Below, in pieces: positions 62,411-64,000 of a stretch of 64,000 bases of DNA (its first letter is position 1; every line of letters begins with the position of its first letter). The DNA comes from Octopus sinensis (Eukaryota): NCBI RefSeq assembly GCF_006345805.1, contig NC_043022.1, forward strand, positions 14,012,001-14,076,000, read 5' to 3'. The notes beneath the pieces are model-generated. The model did no database searches and had not been told where the DNA came from. It worked only from the letters and a program-made list of their open reading frames with translations. Both the position numbers and the translations under genes were made by a program.

Positions 62411-64000
62411 CTGTATATGACACTCATCCGGGTACATGTCAGTATAAGGGTGGGGAGATATAATCAAAATATGCATTCACACCTAGAGCACGGGAAGAGT
62501 ATATGAGTCGCCAGGTGAAAATGTTAATGTACACATGACATAGTTATATGGGCCAAGAAGAAAAACCATAGTATTTAATTATTATTACTATTATTAAATA
62601 AGGTGGCAAACTAGCAAAATCGTTAGTACGCTGGACAAAATGCGTAGCCGTATTTCGCCTGCTGTTACATTCTGAGTTCAAATTCTGCCGAGGTCGACTT
62701 TGCCTTTCATCCTTTCAGGGTCGATTAAATAAGTACCAGTTACGCACTGGGGTCGATATAATCGACTTAATCCATTTGTCTGTCCTTCTTTGTACCCTCT
62801 GTGTTTAGCCCCTTGTGGGTAGTAAAGAAATAGGTATTTCGTCAGCTGCTACGTTCTGAGTTCAAATTCTGCCGAGGTTGACTTTGCCTTTCATCCTTTT
62901 GGGGGTCGATTAAATAAGTACCAGTTACGCACTGGGGTCGATGTAATCGACTTAATCCGTTTGTCTGTCCTTGTTTGTCTTTTCTGTGTTTAGCCCCTTG
63001 TGGGTAGTAAAGAAATAGGTATTTCGCCTGTCGTTACATTCTGAGTTCAAATTCTGTCGAGGTCAACTTTGCCTTTTATCCTTCCGGGGTTGATAAAATG
63101 AGTACCAGTTGAACATGGGGGGAAAGGGTCAATGTAATCGACTCATCCCCACAAGGCAAAAATTTGAAATAATTATTATCATTAAAATATTAATACTAAA
63201 TTAAGTTAATATACATGTATGTTTTAATTGTCAAATTTATTGCATAAGCATTTTGCAATGAGAAGTGGACCACTCTTCTTAAATAGTACCCTGAAAGGTA
63301 ACTGTATAAGATTTTGTGAAAAAAAAAAATTGCCATTTTTCAAAAAGTTATGAGGAAACAAAGCCAGTTTGTGTCAATTTTCCAAAACAGCGCTCCTAAA
63401 CATTGGGAAAAAATTTTTTCACAACAAATTCCAGTATAATCGACATCGGCCATCTTTCGGTTGTAGTATCTACACTATTTGAAAAGTATTTACTCTCTTT
63501 ACTCTTTTACTTGTTGCAGTTGTTCGGGACTTATTCTTTGTAAGCCTAGTATTTATTCTATCGGTCTCTTTTTGCCGAACCGCTAAGTGACGGGGTCGTA
63601 AACACACCAGCATCGGTTGTCAAGCAATGCTAGGGGGACAAACACAGACACACAAACATATACACACACACACATATATTTACATATATACGACAGGCTT
63701 CTTTCAGTTTCCGTCTACCAAATCCACTCACAAGGCTTTGGTCGGCCCGGGTCTATAGCAGAAGACACTTGCCCAAGATGCCACGCAGTGGGACTGAACT
63801 CGGAACCATGTGGTTGGTTAGCAAGCTACTTACCACACAGCCACTCCTGCGCCTAGAATATTTCCTTAAAAAATATTCATTTATCTGAAAGTCATGTGGA
63901 AACAAATTGGGATGTGGGGTGGGGGTGGGGGGTTACATTTCGTGGGTTTATGTCGAACACCTGCTGTTACCTGTAGGACATATCCGGTTATGGGTCGATT

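Overview
AT-rich, repeat-saturated animal genomic DNA. The SINE/LINE families, (TA)n/(CA)n load and long introns look like a coleoid cephalopod, probably Octopus (inference from repeat content). The main feature is a minus-strand gene that the ORF track only shows as fragments. I assembled it by hand from 10 coding exons (40874-40755, 36443-35484, 31060-30907, 24954-24807, 22995-22886, 18771-18658, 17736-17593, 13192-13081, 6169-5908, 3764-602); every junction is GT-AG and phase-consistent. The product is about 1762 aa if two 1-nt deletions in the last exon are corrected. It is an NLR-like STAND protein: NB-ARC-type ATPase at the extreme N-terminus (no effector domain in front), winged helix, about 7 long TPRs encoded roughly one per exon, then a roughly 1050-aa tail holding a hierarchical coding minisatellite (10-aa, 27/30-aa, 57-aa and 168-aa levels). 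Upstream are a CpG-rich candidate promoter, a possible small spliced membrane-protein gene with one intron that is almost wholly a 2.3-kb palindrome, a near-full-length RTE LINE with a tRNA-like Pol III head and a PHD finger, and a CR1 fossil with three nested SINEs. The rest is SINEs, RTE 3' tails, Helitron, piggyBac-, Merlin- and mariner-like MITEs, and mini/microsatellites. Most short ORF-track entries are repeat artefacts.
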